A stretch of DNA of 64,000 bases from Aphanothece sp. CMT-3BRIN-NPC111 (GCA_019359765.1 JAHHGU010000009.1:18776-82775), one strand, 5' to 3'; counted from the first letter of the stretch, positions 1 through 11,080 are shown. Numbers and translations: made by a program. The notes: a model not told the origin generated them from the letters alone.

Positions 1-354
1 AGTCAAATGGTGAGAAGCTTCCCCAATGGGCGGTTTAGCGATCGCTTTCCTGATAGAAACGTTGAAACGTAGCTTAGTTGGTAGAAGTCCCTCAGTATAA
101 TGATTTCAGATTTTCCTCTGCTGAAAGTGACAAAAGAGGGATAATTAGACTGTAGCCTCTCTTGTTGCTAAAGCGCTCACGAACTTTTTTTATTAGAAGA
201 TGGCATATTCTTAAGAGCGATCGCGCTTATTCTCCTCTGAGCAATTGCCAACAATTAGATCTGACTACAACATTTCTACTGGCTCTTTGTCAACTGCCTC
301 TCCTGTGATGTCAGCAGTATACGCGTTAACCATAGCCTTAATGGATTCAGGCAG

Positions 355-1056
355 ATGCAGGCAACAATCGATGAACTTTCTCAAATTCTCATCTTTCGAG
401 ATCTAACTAGCTCAGAATTAGAGCCTTTACAACCCTACACCCAAGTGCAGCACTACCGCCAAGGAGAGATTCTCATGCATGAGAGCGATCGCCTCCCGGC
501 GAAGCTATATGCTCTCCTCAGTGGTGCTTTGCAAATAACCAAAACAGCAACAACGGGCAAGGAAACGATTCTGCGTACCTTACCACCTGGAGAAATTTTT
601 GCAGCCCCAGCATTATTAGGTGATGGAATTGCCCCAGCAATGGTGACTGCTGGGTGTGATTCCATAATTCTCACGGTAGAGCGAGATGCTCTTATAGAAG
701 CAATTAGGCAAACCCCAGAAATTGCCTTACGAATGCTGATGGTTTTTAATTCTCGGCTGCAACAACTCCATGAAACAGTGCATGGATTAATTTCTGAACG
801 AGCGATTGTACGCTTGGCGAGGTTAATTCAAGATTCTGCAACTCGATACGGTATTGATACCAGAGCAGAGGGCGAGTGTTTGAAGGCTAAGCTGCCCTAT
901 TATCAAATTGCTCGCAGCATCGGCATTACCTATGAAGAGTGCGTGCGGCTGTTCAAAAGCCTGAAGTTGGTTGTGGCTTACAGTCGCGGTGGCAAGATTA
1001 CAGTGCTGGATGCGGAAAAATTGAATGCGATCGCCTCCGGCATCATAAATTCTTAA
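355..1056 (+). CDS. Crp/Fnr family transcriptional regulator (Dnr-like candidate)
   Basis: cNMP-binding-type N-domain (GKETILRTLPPGEIFA) and a C-terminal HTH (YYQIARSIGITYEECVRLF). Confidence 0.9.
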   Translation: MQATIDELSQILIFRDLTSSELEPLQPYTQVQHYRQGEILMHESDRLPAKLYALLSGALQITKTATTGKETILRTLPPGEIFAAPALLGDGIAPAMVTAGCDSIILTVERDALIEAIRQTPEIALRMLMVFNSRLQQLHETVHGLISERAIVRLARLIQDSATRYGIDTRAEGECLKAKLPYYQIARSIGITYEECVRLFKSLKLVVAYSRGGKITVLDAEKLNAIASGIINS

Positions 1057-1395
1057 CCTTAGCTCACAAAAGGTTAGATGTCCTTCTCAGCACGAGCAGA
1101 GATATTTAGCTAACCAGACTCGCCTATATGCTAGACAGCATAGGGCTTCAGACCATTCAGCACCATATGAGTGTCCCAGCGATAACCACGTACTTGATGT
1201 GAAACTTCGTCAGGAGCACGCTCAGATATATTTCTTAAGGATTACTTAAGGGATATTCCCCTTGACAGAGGCAGTAACGCCGTTTAGCATATATCTAACT
1301 GAAAAATCCAAGTATTTCTACGTACATGTTTTCCGAAACAGGCTTAATGAATTTTGGAAAACACTCAACAACAAATTTAGGAAGGAGGAAATCTC

Positions 1396-1761
1396 ATGAA
1401 TCTCTCTACAAAACTCATGGTAGTTGGGTTAGCTGTTGCTGCGAGCGCCTTAAGTTTTGCTTCAGTAGCTTCTGCTCAAGCAGTATCTGCTGGTCTAGTA
1501 CTTAAACTTGAAGGTCTTTCATCAGAAACTACTGAGACAGGCAGCACCACAGGTCTTGAAAGCTTAGAACTTTCTGCGGCAATAGCAACTGGCGAAAACA
1601 CTATAGCCAATCTACAAGTCACACATAATGGACCAGACATTGATACCTACAAAGCTTTTGCAGCTGCAACCAACGGAAGCGATTTTAACAATAATTTGAC
1701 GGTTTCTAATACCTCAACCACCGCCATAACAGATTCTGTTGTTACCCTTGGTACGCCGTAA
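1396..1761 (+). CDS. Small secreted Ala/Ser/Thr/Asn-rich protein
   Basis: Strong RBS (aggagg), Sec signal peptide ending ASA-Q, and a hairpin downstream. Confidence 0.75.
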   Translation: MNLSTKLMVVGLAVAASALSFASVASAQAVSAGLVLKLEGLSSETTETGSTTGLESLELSAAIATGENTIANLQVTHNGPDIDTYKAFAAATNGSDFNNNLTVSNTSTTAITDSVVTLGTP

Positions 1762-1833
1762 TAACTCTATTCCATTTTTCCATGAACATATATCGCGACA
1801 ACAGCTGAAGTCGCAAATATATAGTAAAAAAAG

Positions 1834-1868
1834 CTCCCCCTCTGGAGGCTCAGTGGGGGAAATTTTTG
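1834..1868 (+). terminator. Probable intrinsic terminator
   Basis: ccccc...ggggg stem followed by aaattttttg. Confidence 0.45.
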
Positions 1869-2159
1869 TATAAACTCACTCGCCTTCAAAGGCGATGTCG
1901 CCACAATAAAAACTACAATAGACCACCCGAATACTGGGTCAAATATCTCCTTCTCTTATCCGATGATACTAAAGCCGCATTTATGTAACGCCTATTACTA
2001 GCACGGATGCCTGTAGTTTGTGTCTGCCACTTTGGATAACGCTGGAACATTGACAATGAAGGTAACCTATCACAGCACAATATTACTAATATACTAAGTC
2101 TACCTTGATATTATCAATTACCCTAAAGCAGCCCTGTACTAGGTTAGCTGTTATATTTT

Positions 2160-4793
2160 ATGAATATGAAAAATACTGCTACAACAAAAAAAACAAATAA
2201 AATTTTATTTTGTAATTACACTATTTACTTAATTTTGGGAAGACGTTTAATTGTGCTTTCCAGCGCTTTTATTATAATCTTTTTCCGCCTTCTTCCAGCG
2301 AAAGCTGTTTTGACTAACTCAGAAGCAGCCTCTAATGAGGCTTCGTCAAAAGAGTTACAACAACCCAGGGAACTCCCCGTATCTATTCAGAATTTAACAG
2401 AAAATATATCTCCAATTTTCCAGCAATCCAATCTGAGGGAAAATCCCTCAATAGTGTCAGAATTGCAGGTGACATCAAAGGAATCTAACTTGCCCTTATC
2501 CTTCCAATTTAATTGGGTAGAGAATTCTCAGATGGCATCAGAGTTAGAGGAGACATCAAGAAAATCTAACTTGCCATTCTCCCTCCAATTTAATCAAGCC
2601 GAAAATTTTCGGCTAGCGTCAGAAGTAGAGGCGGTATCAAATAAATCTAACTTGCCATCCTCAGCTAATACAGAGCAACCTCAATTGACAAATCAATTGA
2701 ATTATTTGCCTAGATCTAATCTGAAACCAGCTGATAATGATAAACGGCTATCCGAAGTCGAGCCTAGCCCGTCTATAGAAAAATTAAATGAAGATCGAAA
2801 TTATATTATTTCTCCACGCATTGTTGATAACAATAAAATTAATCCGATTACAACCGTTTTACCTCTTAATGGAGTACAAATTACCCACTTAACTGAATTT
2901 GAAACTCTTACAGGATATGAGTTTGGCAATAACAGGAGCGATAATCTTCTCTTCAATGGTATTGCTAAACTTAACAGCCAAATTCAGGAAAGCTTAACAA
3001 GAAATAATATTTTGAGGGTAGAGCAGAGAGGAGATTACTTACAGTTACAAACAGTTAGGCAATCCAGAGATATTTTGGTCAATCGAGTAGAGCCTCGGAC
3101 TTTAGTAGGTCTAGAACTCCAGTTTAGCTTAACAGCTTCTTGTTTATTTATTGGGGGAAATCCTAACGAGCAGTGTACCTACACTCCCGGATTAGAAACA
3201 GATAGGAATAGCATCGATCCTAACGCTTTAGTGCCAACTAACTTTATCCTAACTTCTCAGATAGGTGATGTTGTCACGCCCGAATCTCTTGCAGCTATTA
3301 GTTTGCCTGGTTTTCAAAGAGGTGCTAATGGCCAACAAATTGGTCTAGACTTCTATCTTCCTAATGTTGGCTCATTTGCAGGCAATACTCAATCAAATAC
3401 AACCGAAATTACCAGAAGAGAAGAAATTGAGAACACCCCAGCAACGTTTTTTTCTCAAGTTAGGCAAGTTATCAAAGCTAATGATGAAGAAGCCGTAATT
3501 GGACGTACTGTTCGGGGCTTAGGTTTTGTATTAGATGACAAAAATACACTTATTAACTCGGGTTTGCAACTAGGTGCTGAGTTTCTTCCTGATTTAATTC
3601 CAAATCTTAAAGGCTCAAACAATGCCGTTAACAGAAATATTAATAGAAATTTGTTTTTTGCTGCCAACAATACACGACTACCTGTAAATAGTTTTATTAT
3701 TTACCATGCTGGTCTTGGACGAGCATCAAGCCCCAAAACGTCTGTAACAAATATAAGCGAAATTCCATCTGCTACTTTTAATAGTGTTTGGTTTGGGATT
3801 TCTCCAGTTACAGAAAGAACTTTTTCTGCTCGCCAAAGTTTCCAATTAACTGGTGCCGAAAGGCTAATCGCCTCAGGAGGTGCAGAAGGAGGAGCGAATT
3901 CTAACCTAGATTTAGATTTTATTATTATAAATGGTGGCGATATTTTTTCTAATGGAAATTTAGTAAACTTTTATCCTCAGCTTTATGCCTCAGTTTTTAA
4001 TCGAGATATTAATTTAATTACTAGCAGCCGACTAACCGAGAAAACAAGTTATTATCCCCATATTAGTTTTACGGGAGATATTACAAGTGGTAGTGATGTA
4101 TTTCGTTATTATACAGGCTCTATTTTTTCTGATAAAATTAAAGCTTATCTGGGCTTAGATTATGCAAAAACAACGTTAGACGGATGGAGATATAAGGTAG
4201 GAGCTATCGGCTATGTTAATCCAGATCGTGATTACTATAGTCAGCTATTTGGGAATGCTTCTAAAAGAATTGCTTTGGGTCGCAATTCCAATATTGTTTT
4301 TTCAACTGCCTTCGATTACGAGCTGGATAGAGAAACTCGCATCGGTGAGCAAACGCTTATCTCTGCTGGTAGTTTTGTAAGAGTAGGGGCAGCGGTAAAT
4401 TTTGGCTCTACTTCGTTTGAATTAGTAAATTATATTGGCGATATATTACCCAACTCCATTGACAATACTTTATTATTAAACCTGGGAATTACACCTATCA
4501 AAAATTTGCGCTTATCAGCTTATTTCGCTCCAATTAATGAAAATGAGAGCCGAACGCGCTATGGTGCCAGCGCCCAGCTACGCTTGGGGAATGCCTATAA
4601 TAGCCCTACTTTGAGCTTAAACTATACTAACTATGAGTATGACTATGGTAGCGATCCCTTTGGGCGAGAATTACAGACAACTGAGGATGTTTTTAGAATT
4701 CTGTTTAGGTTTGGAGAGCCAGCACAACCTTTTAGCGCTCAACCCACTCAAAGGGTAAGAGACACAGTAGAAGGTACTCCCACTGTCCCGTAG
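2160..4793 (+). CDS. Large exported protein, probably outer-membrane, with a beta-rich C-terminus
   Basis: Hydrophobic N-terminal segment, low-complexity repeat region, and C-terminal alternating aromatic beta-strand patterns (AYLGLDY, YKVGAIGY, LSLNYTNY). Confidence 0.7.
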   Translation: MNMKNTATTKKTNKILFCNYTIYLILGRRLIVLSSAFIIIFFRLLPAKAVLTNSEAASNEASSKELQQPRELPVSIQNLTENISPIFQQSNLRENPSIVSELQVTSKESNLPLSFQFNWVENSQMASELEETSRKSNLPFSLQFNQAENFRLASEVEAVSNKSNLPSSANTEQPQLTNQLNYLPRSNLKPADNDKRLSEVEPSPSIEKLNEDRNYIISPRIVDNNKINPITTVLPLNGVQITHLTEFETLTGYEFGNNRSDNLLFNGIAKLNSQIQESLTRNNILRVEQRGDYLQLQTVRQSRDILVNRVEPRTLVGLELQFSLTASCLFIGGNPNEQCTYTPGLETDRNSIDPNALVPTNFILTSQIGDVVTPESLAAISLPGFQRGANGQQIGLDFYLPNVGSFAGNTQSNTTEITRREEIENTPATFFSQVRQVIKANDEEAVIGRTVRGLGFVLDDKNTLINSGLQLGAEFLPDLIPNLKGSNNAVNRNINRNLFFAANNTRLPVNSFIIYHAGLGRASSPKTSVTNISEIPSATFNSVWFGISPVTERTFSARQSFQLTGAERLIASGGAEGGANSNLDLDFIIINGGDIFSNGNLVNFYPQLYASVFNRDINLITSSRLTEKTSYYPHISFTGDITSGSDVFRYYTGSIFSDKIKAYLGLDYAKTTLDGWRYKVGAIGYVNPDRDYYSQLFGNASKRIALGRNSNIVFSTAFDYELDRETRIGEQTLISAGSFVRVGAAVNFGSTSFELVNYIGDILPNSIDNTLLLNLGITPIKNLRLSAYFAPINENESRTRYGASAQLRLGNAYNSPTLSLNYTNYEYDYGSDPFGRELQTTEDVFRILFRFGEPAQPFSAQPTQRVRDTVEGTPTVP
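2457..2665 (+). repeat. 81-bp (27-aa) intragenic tandem repeat, ~2.5 copies
   Basis: SELQVTSKESNLPLSFQFNWVENSQMA / SELEETSRKSNLPFSLQFNQAENFRLA / SEVEAVSNKSNLPSS, starting at 2457, 2538 and 2619. Confidence 0.85.
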
Positions 4794-4923
4794 CTAGAAC
4801 GCTGATCAGAGGCAGTGCCTACCAATTTCTAAGAGTTTGTATCGACGCGCGATCGCTCCTTACCTACTCAAAAGCTGCTGCCGGGGTAAGCCCATTTCCT
4901 TCCTTCCTAGCTAACAATTGCTT

Positions 4924-5700
4924 CTAGGAGTTAGCAACATTCCCGATACCACTCACATTTGCTTGAGCAACAGAGTTTCTTTTTGCCTCATAAAATCGGC
5001 AGGCAACAGTTCCTAGCGAGTAAAGCAAAGCGGCATTATTGGACGCTCCCGCCACAGCACCGATTACAGGCAAAAGTTCTACAAAGCCCAGACCCACCTT
5101 TAGTACTCCAGAACCTCCCACAGACAAGCCAAAAATTGCCAGAAGTTCGCCTCGTCGAGTGGGGTCTTTTAGGGAAAATCCGTATGCAGCAGCAATGCGA
5201 TAGATCATCTCTGCTTGCAATGCTGTAACCGCAGCTAAATCGACTGCAAACAAAGTTAACGCCAAAGGAGGCACAAAGTTAGTAAGTAATCCAATTCCCC
5301 CTGCTTTTACGGAGGTGTCAACAATAATTCGGTGGGCAAGTTGCTCCGGCGTTTCTAGGGGGTATTGCTGGCGCAGCTTTTCTACCTCATCCTGAGCCTT
5401 CTCCACATCAACCTGACCGAGGGCAGTCATTAGCACGTTAATGCCTGGAACTTTAACGGCATATTTGACCATGGGATTTTCAGCTATGGGGGTAACAAAT
5501 TTCCCCATATTTTCTGTCCCCTCCTCCACAAATCGCATCGTCGCTGCTCCAACAGTTTCTCCTACGGCGGTAGTAGTGCTGGTAATGTTGTTAGTAGCAG
5601 ACTGGAATGCCTCAGAAGCCAACTTAGCAAATTGAACTGCTGTCCCTATCGCTTCACTGACTTGGTCGCTACCTGAACTTTCTGTATTTGGCGCTGCCAT
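4924..5700 (-). CDS. EcsC/DUF697-like protein
   Basis: DLAAVTALQAEMIYRIAAAYG and LPVIGAVAGASNNA motifs. Confidence 0.7.
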   Translation of the reverse strand: MAAPNTESSGSDQVSEAIGTAVQFAKLASEAFQSATNNITSTTTAVGETVGAATMRFVEEGTENMGKFVTPIAENPMVKYAVKVPGINVLMTALGQVDVEKAQDEVEKLRQQYPLETPEQLAHRIIVDTSVKAGGIGLLTNFVPPLALTLFAVDLAAVTALQAEMIYRIAAAYGFSLKDPTRRGELLAIFGLSVGGSGVLKVGLGFVELLPVIGAVAGASNNAALLYSLGTVACRFYEAKRNSVAQANVSGIGNVANS

Positions 5701-5835
5701 AGACGTTGGTTAAGTTTAATACTTTGTGCTGAACTTACATTCACTCTATAAACAGCAAAGACTCAAAATCCTCTATCCACTGGTAGTAATTCGACCATAA
5801 GCTGTTGTGATGGGCAATGCATACTTTATTCACCT

Positions 5836-6798
5836 GTGTGTACCTTGATGAGTGACAAGATCAAGCCAGATTGGGCGGGCGATGACCTGCTCTCCCGATT
5901 CGTCAATGTCCTGATCCAGACCAAGCCCATTTATGCCGTGATGAAACAGCAAGCGAGGCAGGTACTCGTGAAAACGGCTGAGAAAAATGGCATTCCCTGG
6001 CGCAAGAACTACGAAGAACTGGAAGTGTCAGGGGCTAAAGAGCGTCTGGAGTCGATTACAAATCCAAGTATCACCTACCCCGATTACTACCAGGTACCCT
6101 TCCATGCCTACGAAAAAGGCAACCTGTGCTGGCCTGCGGCCTTTGAAGCCGAGTCAGCCACCTATGCTATGGCTTTAAGGGTATGGCCCCAAGAATCTCT
6201 CTCCTGGCAAGAGGCTCAAGCGCGATTGCGGGGGAGCTTCCACCAAGTCCTGGCAACACATGGCCCCAAGCTTGTGCGGGACATTCTAGACATTGGTTGC
6301 TCAGTAGGTATTTCCACATTAACGCTACATCGCTACTACCAAAGCAGCCAAGGCACCCCAGTTCGCACTGTAGGTCTGGATCTGTCCCCCTATATGCTGG
6401 CGGTAGCCCAAACCCAAGATGTAAATGGCGAAATTGCCCAATGGCTCCACGCTAAGGGAGAGGAGACAGGGTTAGGCGATCGCTCTTTTGACTTAGTGAC
6501 GCTCCAATTCTTGATCCATGAACTGCCGCGCCAAGCTACTCAAGCAATTTTTCAGGAAGCTTTAAGGCTGTTGCGCCCCGGTGGGTATTTAGCCATTGTG
6601 GACAACAACCCGAAATCTCCAGTAATTCAAAACCTCCCACCTGTGCTATTTACCCTGATGAAAAGCACAGAACCCTGGGCTGATGACTTTTACACGTTGG
6701 ACGTGGAAGCGACGATGCAAGCGGTAGGATTTGAAAATGTGGTCACAGTAGCTAGCGATCCGCGTCATCGCACGATTATTGGTCGTAAGCCTGAATAG
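5836..6798 (+). CDS. Class I SAM-dependent methyltransferase
   Basis: ILDIGCSVG, GLDLSPYML and LRPGG motifs; true start probably the ATG at 5848. Confidence 0.9.
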   Translation: MCTLMSDKIKPDWAGDDLLSRFVNVLIQTKPIYAVMKQQARQVLVKTAEKNGIPWRKNYEELEVSGAKERLESITNPSITYPDYYQVPFHAYEKGNLCWPAAFEAESATYAMALRVWPQESLSWQEAQARLRGSFHQVLATHGPKLVRDILDIGCSVGISTLTLHRYYQSSQGTPVRTVGLDLSPYMLAVAQTQDVNGEIAQWLHAKGEETGLGDRSFDLVTLQFLIHELPRQATQAIFQEALRLLRPGGYLAIVDNNPKSPVIQNLPPVLFTLMKSTEPWADDFYTLDVEATMQAVGFENVVTVASDPRHRTIIGRKPE

Positions 6799-6826
6799 GG
6801 ATTAAATGCGATCGCTCTTTGTGTGC

Positions 6827-7381
6827 TTAAGCCCGATAGATGCGATCGCTTTTCCACTCAGCAACCGTGAGACGGTAAAAAACATGGGGTAGTCCTACAT
6901 GGATAATGTCCCGCTCATAGCGAAATCCCACTTTCTCCATGACTCGCTGGGAGGCTCGGTTGGTTGTGAGAGTAAAGCACACTAAGTTAGATAAGCCAAG
7001 TTTCTCAAAACCTATGGTCAAAATTGCCTCAGCCATCTCTGTAGCTAACCCTTTGCCCCAGTATTCCGATATCACTGCATAAAGTAATTCCACCTCATCA
7101 TTACCGCCGACATGGGAGTGCTTCAGTCCAGCGCGAGCGACAAATTGCTTGTCTAATTTGTCTCGAAATATCCATACCCCAAAACCGTAGCGGTTCCAAT
7201 GATCTAAAAATTGCTGAAGACGCTGCTGCACCTCCTCTTCGGGAAGGATCTTGCCATCAGCTGAGAGGGTTGCCATCACAGAAGGATCTTGATACAGACG
7301 GCAAAATTCACCGAAATCTTCAGCGCGCAGGCGTGAGCCAATCAAACGGTGAGTATGAACAGTTTCTATCAGCTGTGCCAT
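6827..7381 (-). CDS. GNAT (RimJ/RimL-type) N-acetyltransferase
   Basis: YWGKGLATE and NRASQRVMEKVGF motifs. Confidence 0.9.
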   Translation of the reverse strand: MAQLIETVHTHRLIGSRLRAEDFGEFCRLYQDPSVMATLSADGKILPEEEVQQRLQQFLDHWNRYGFGVWIFRDKLDKQFVARAGLKHSHVGGNDEVELLYAVISEYWGKGLATEMAEAILTIGFEKLGLSNLVCFTLTTNRASQRVMEKVGFRYERDIIHVGLPHVFYRLTVAEWKSDRIYRA

Positions 7382-8235
7382 TAGTCGTCCTGAAGCTTAA
7401 ACGGTGGAGGTTGGGTACCGTCGATATCGGTAAATCCATACTCCTGCGCCAGTTCGCCTACTAATAGAATACTTCCCGACATTTGCATCACATTTGAATC
7501 GGCTGCCAGGGCGACGACGGCTCGCCCGATGTACTCTGGGGACTCGCTGGCGCTCAGTTCCAAGGAATTTTTGGCGCAAGCTGCCAGTACCCGTTCCGTA
7601 CGCATAAATCCGGGAGCGAGTGCCACAGCAGCAATATTTTCTGAACGCAGTTCCCGTGCCATGCCATACGCCATGCGCTTGGCAGCATTCTTCGCCAAAT
7701 CATAGAACAGATTGCCCAGATATACATCCCGATACCAAGCGGTGGTATTGACAATCAATCCCTGTCGATGCGGCAACATCAGCGGCACCGCAAAGCGGCT
7801 AGATACAAGATGCGATCGCACACCCGCCACAAACATTCCCTGCCAGCGTTCAAGGGATTGTTCCCAGAAAGGGGCATCAAAATTCGTACCATCATCAAAC
7901 GTGGTGCCATAGTAGTTGGCGTAGCCCCCCCAGGCGTTGTTCACCAGAATGTCCAGGCAACCCTGCTCCTGCTTAACCTGTGCAAACAAAGCTTCGGTTT
8001 CTGCATCTACCGTATGGTCACATTGCACAGGAATACCCAAACCACCCCGCGCGGTGACGGTTTCTGCCGTTTCGTCAATGGTTCCTGACAGGTTCTCCGT
8101 TGTTGGCTTGCCTTTAACGCTGCGCCCGGTTACATAAACCGTAGCCCCCGCTTCACCCAGCGCCAGGGCAATACCACGACCCCCACCGCGACTTGCTCCT
8201 GTGACAACAGCCACTTTGCCCTTTAAACTTGGCAT
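7381..8235 (-). CDS. SDR oxidoreductase (DHRS1-like)
   Basis: TGASRGGG, LDILVNNA and YDLAK motifs; its stop overlaps the GNAT start. Confidence 0.9.
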   Translation of the reverse strand: MPSLKGKVAVVTGASRGGGRGIALALGEAGATVYVTGRSVKGKPTTENLSGTIDETAETVTARGGLGIPVQCDHTVDAETEALFAQVKQEQGCLDILVNNAWGGYANYYGTTFDDGTNFDAPFWEQSLERWQGMFVAGVRSHLVSSRFAVPLMLPHRQGLIVNTTAWYRDVYLGNLFYDLAKNAAKRMAYGMARELRSENIAAVALAPGFMRTERVLAACAKNSLELSASESPEYIGRAVVALAADSNVMQMSGSILLVGELAQEYGFTDIDGTQPPPFKLQDD

Positions 8236-8423
8236 CGTTCACCTTTATTGCGTTGTACTTTCAGTTAGCGATTCTTATATGTGATAGCTATCAAACGGAT
8301 TCAATATTACAACTAAATTCGAGCGAGAGATTTCCTTCAGTCTTTGGCACTATCACAAAACTTTGACAGTCAGATTGCTAGGTGCAAAATCTGAGCCTAT
8401 AAAAAATGAGCAAGGAAATTTAA

Positions 8424-9707
8424 ATGAAAAGAATTATGCTCCGAAGAAATAATAGCCTGGTTATAACAGCCTTGATTAGTGTTTCATTTATGCTCCTTTG
8501 CTGGCTGATTTCGCCAGTACTTCCAATGGGAGCGCCGCACTCTGAAATTTTTAATAAAGTTTGGCAGACTGTAAACGATAACTTTTACGACCCAAACTTT
8601 AATGGCGTAAATTGGAAAGCCATGCGGTCTAAGTATGCACCTCAAGTAACGTCAGCCCAGTCTAATGTAGAAGCGGCTGCTGTCATCAACCAAATGCTCT
8701 CAGAGTTAAAAACCTCTCATACCCGCTTCTACACGCCGGATGAGCCTGCTTATTATCAGGTTTTGGGGATTTTTGAACCAAGAATCCCTAATTTACGAAA
8801 GCAGCTCCAGAAATTTTTTCCTCAAGGCAAGATTGAATATAGTGGCATTGGCATCTTTACTAAAGACATCAACGGCAAGACCTTTGTGAGCGCCATTCTC
8901 GATGGCTTTCCAGCGGCTTCTTCAGGGCTGATGGTGGGAGATCAATTGCTCGGCGTTGATAATCGCCCGTTTCAGCCGATTCAGTCTTTTGCGGGCAAAG
9001 CTGGACAAAAAGTTAAGCTATTAATTCAGCGATCGCAAGATCCCGCCACTCAGCAAGAAATCGTTGTTACGCCGAAGCTACTGGATGCCAGCACCATGTT
9101 TTTAGATGCCATGAAAGCCAGTACCCAAGTGATTGAACGGCAGGGTAAGAAAATTGGCTATGTCCATATTTGGTCTTATGCTGGTGACCAATACCAGCCG
9201 CAGTTGGAGGAAGACCTGTTTTATGGTCGCCTCAAAAATGCAGATGCGCTAGTTTTGGATCTCAGGGAAGGATGGGGAGGTGCCCCACTCTCTGCCCTGA
9301 ATATCTATACTGCCAGAGGACCAAGCGTCACCAGTATCCGCAGAGATGGTACAAAATTTACGGACATCGCACACTGGAACAAGCCAGTGGTGATGCTGGT
9401 GAATGAGGGAAGTAGGAGTGCCAAAGAAATTCTGGCGTATAGCTTTCAGCAGTATGACATCGGCCCTGTTGTGGGTGCTAAAACGGCTGGTGCAGTGGTT
9501 GCTGGTACTGCGTTTTTGATGCCGGATGGCAGCTTACTTTACCTAGCTGTGGCTGATGTTTATGTTGACGGGAACCAACGGCTGGAAGGAAAGGGTGTGA
9601 TACCAGATGTGATGATTCCATTCTCCCTAGAATACGCCCGGGGAGCAGATCCGCAAAAAGAGCGGGGGCTAGAGGTGGCGCTAGCAGCAGTACAACAACA
9701 GAAATAG
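8424..9707 (+). CDS. S41 family peptidase with PDZ domain
   Basis: LVLDLREGWGG, GSRSAKE and GVIPDV motifs; signal peptide. Confidence 0.88.
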   Translation: MKRIMLRRNNSLVITALISVSFMLLCWLISPVLPMGAPHSEIFNKVWQTVNDNFYDPNFNGVNWKAMRSKYAPQVTSAQSNVEAAAVINQMLSELKTSHTRFYTPDEPAYYQVLGIFEPRIPNLRKQLQKFFPQGKIEYSGIGIFTKDINGKTFVSAILDGFPAASSGLMVGDQLLGVDNRPFQPIQSFAGKAGQKVKLLIQRSQDPATQQEIVVTPKLLDASTMFLDAMKASTQVIERQGKKIGYVHIWSYAGDQYQPQLEEDLFYGRLKNADALVLDLREGWGGAPLSALNIYTARGPSVTSIRRDGTKFTDIAHWNKPVVMLVNEGSRSAKEILAYSFQQYDIGPVVGAKTAGAVVAGTAFLMPDGSLLYLAVADVYVDGNQRLEGKGVIPDVMIPFSLEYARGADPQKERGLEVALAAVQQQK

Positions 9708-9800
9708 TTGGTGATTGCATTCAGAGCGATCGCTATATCTCAAACACTCAGGGCGATCGCAAACTCAGAAGCACGGCATATTAACTAGATAATAGCTAGA

Positions 9801-10925
9801 ATGAACAACTATTTTGCTACGGTGGCCCGTGGTCTAGAACCTATTGCCGCCCAAGAACTGGAACGTCTAGGGGCACAGGAAGTCCGTCCTGAATTCACTG
9901 GGGTACATTTTGCTGGCGATAAAGCTTTACTTTACCGAGTGAATCTGTGGGCGAGGACAATTTTTAGAGTCCTAGTACCGCTCCGAGAATTTTACTGCTC
10001 TAACGCCGATATGCTCTACCGGGAGGTGCAAAAAATCGCTTGGGATGACTACCTGCAACCTGACAACACCCTGGCAGTGGACTGTACAGGAGGCAATCAA
10101 AAGCTTAACCACACCCATTTCACGGCTTTGCAGGTTAAAAATGCGATCGTAGACCAACAGCGTCGCCAATTTGGTCAAAGGTCTAGCGTTGATATTGAAA
10201 ATCCCGATGTGCTGATCAACGTCCACATCCATCAAGACCGTTGCATCTTAAGTCTAGACAGTTCCGGTACAAGCCTCCATCGTCGGGGATATCGACCAGC
10301 AATGGGACTGGCACCCCTTAAGGAAACTCTCGCGGCAGCACTCCTGGACATGGCAGAATGGGATGCTTCTTTACCCTTTTTAGACCCTATGTGTGGATCT
10401 GGAACTTTGCCCATAGAGGCGGGTTTAAAAGCCTTAAATATTGCGCCGGGATTGTTTCGTCAAAGATTTGGCTTTCTCAGTTGGTCAGATTTTGACGAAC
10501 ATCTATGGCAGGAGTTACGGGAGGAAGCCAAAAACAGCCAAAAACTAGATTTGAATGCACCAATTTATGGTAGCGATCGCGATTATGATGTCCTCATCCA
10601 AGCTCGCACTAATGCCGAACGGTGTGGTATTGAAAATAAAATAACCTTTACTCTAACAGAGTTATCCCAGCTTGAAGCTCCTCAAGACTGTGGCGTTATA
10701 ATTTGTAATCCCCCCTACGGAGAGCGCCTAGGGGATGCTAGAGAACTGGGTGATCTCTACAAAATGCTCGGCGATGTCTTCAAGCAAACCTTCAAAGGTT
10801 GGACTGCCTTTATTTTGACAGGGAACAAGGAGTTAGCTAAAAAAGTTGGACTCAAGGCATCCCGTCGCATTCCTGTTTATAACGGCTCCTTAGCTTGCAC
10901 TTTACTTAAGTACGAACTGTATTAG
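9801..10925 (+). CDS. THUMP-domain RNA methyltransferase (RlmL-like)
   Basis: SLHRRGYR, APLKETLAA, DPMCGSGT and NPPYGERL motifs. Confidence 0.92.
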   Translation: MNNYFATVARGLEPIAAQELERLGAQEVRPEFTGVHFAGDKALLYRVNLWARTIFRVLVPLREFYCSNADMLYREVQKIAWDDYLQPDNTLAVDCTGGNQKLNHTHFTALQVKNAIVDQQRRQFGQRSSVDIENPDVLINVHIHQDRCILSLDSSGTSLHRRGYRPAMGLAPLKETLAAALLDMAEWDASLPFLDPMCGSGTLPIEAGLKALNIAPGLFRQRFGFLSWSDFDEHLWQELREEAKNSQKLDLNAPIYGSDRDYDVLIQARTNAERCGIENKITFTLTELSQLEAPQDCGVIICNPPYGERLGDARELGDLYKMLGDVFKQTFKGWTAFILTGNKELAKKVGLKASRRIPVYNGSLACTLLKYELY

Positions 10926-11080
10926 CACTGCAAGTATAAATGAACGTTTGTTTTTCTATGCAAACTAGGGGTAGCTGGATATCTGGATAAAGTGCGATCG
11001 CTCTTATTGTTGTTGAAGAGGTAACGAGAGTACAGGCTGACAACGCTAAAATTACAGATACTGCCTGATTGTGAGAAAGC

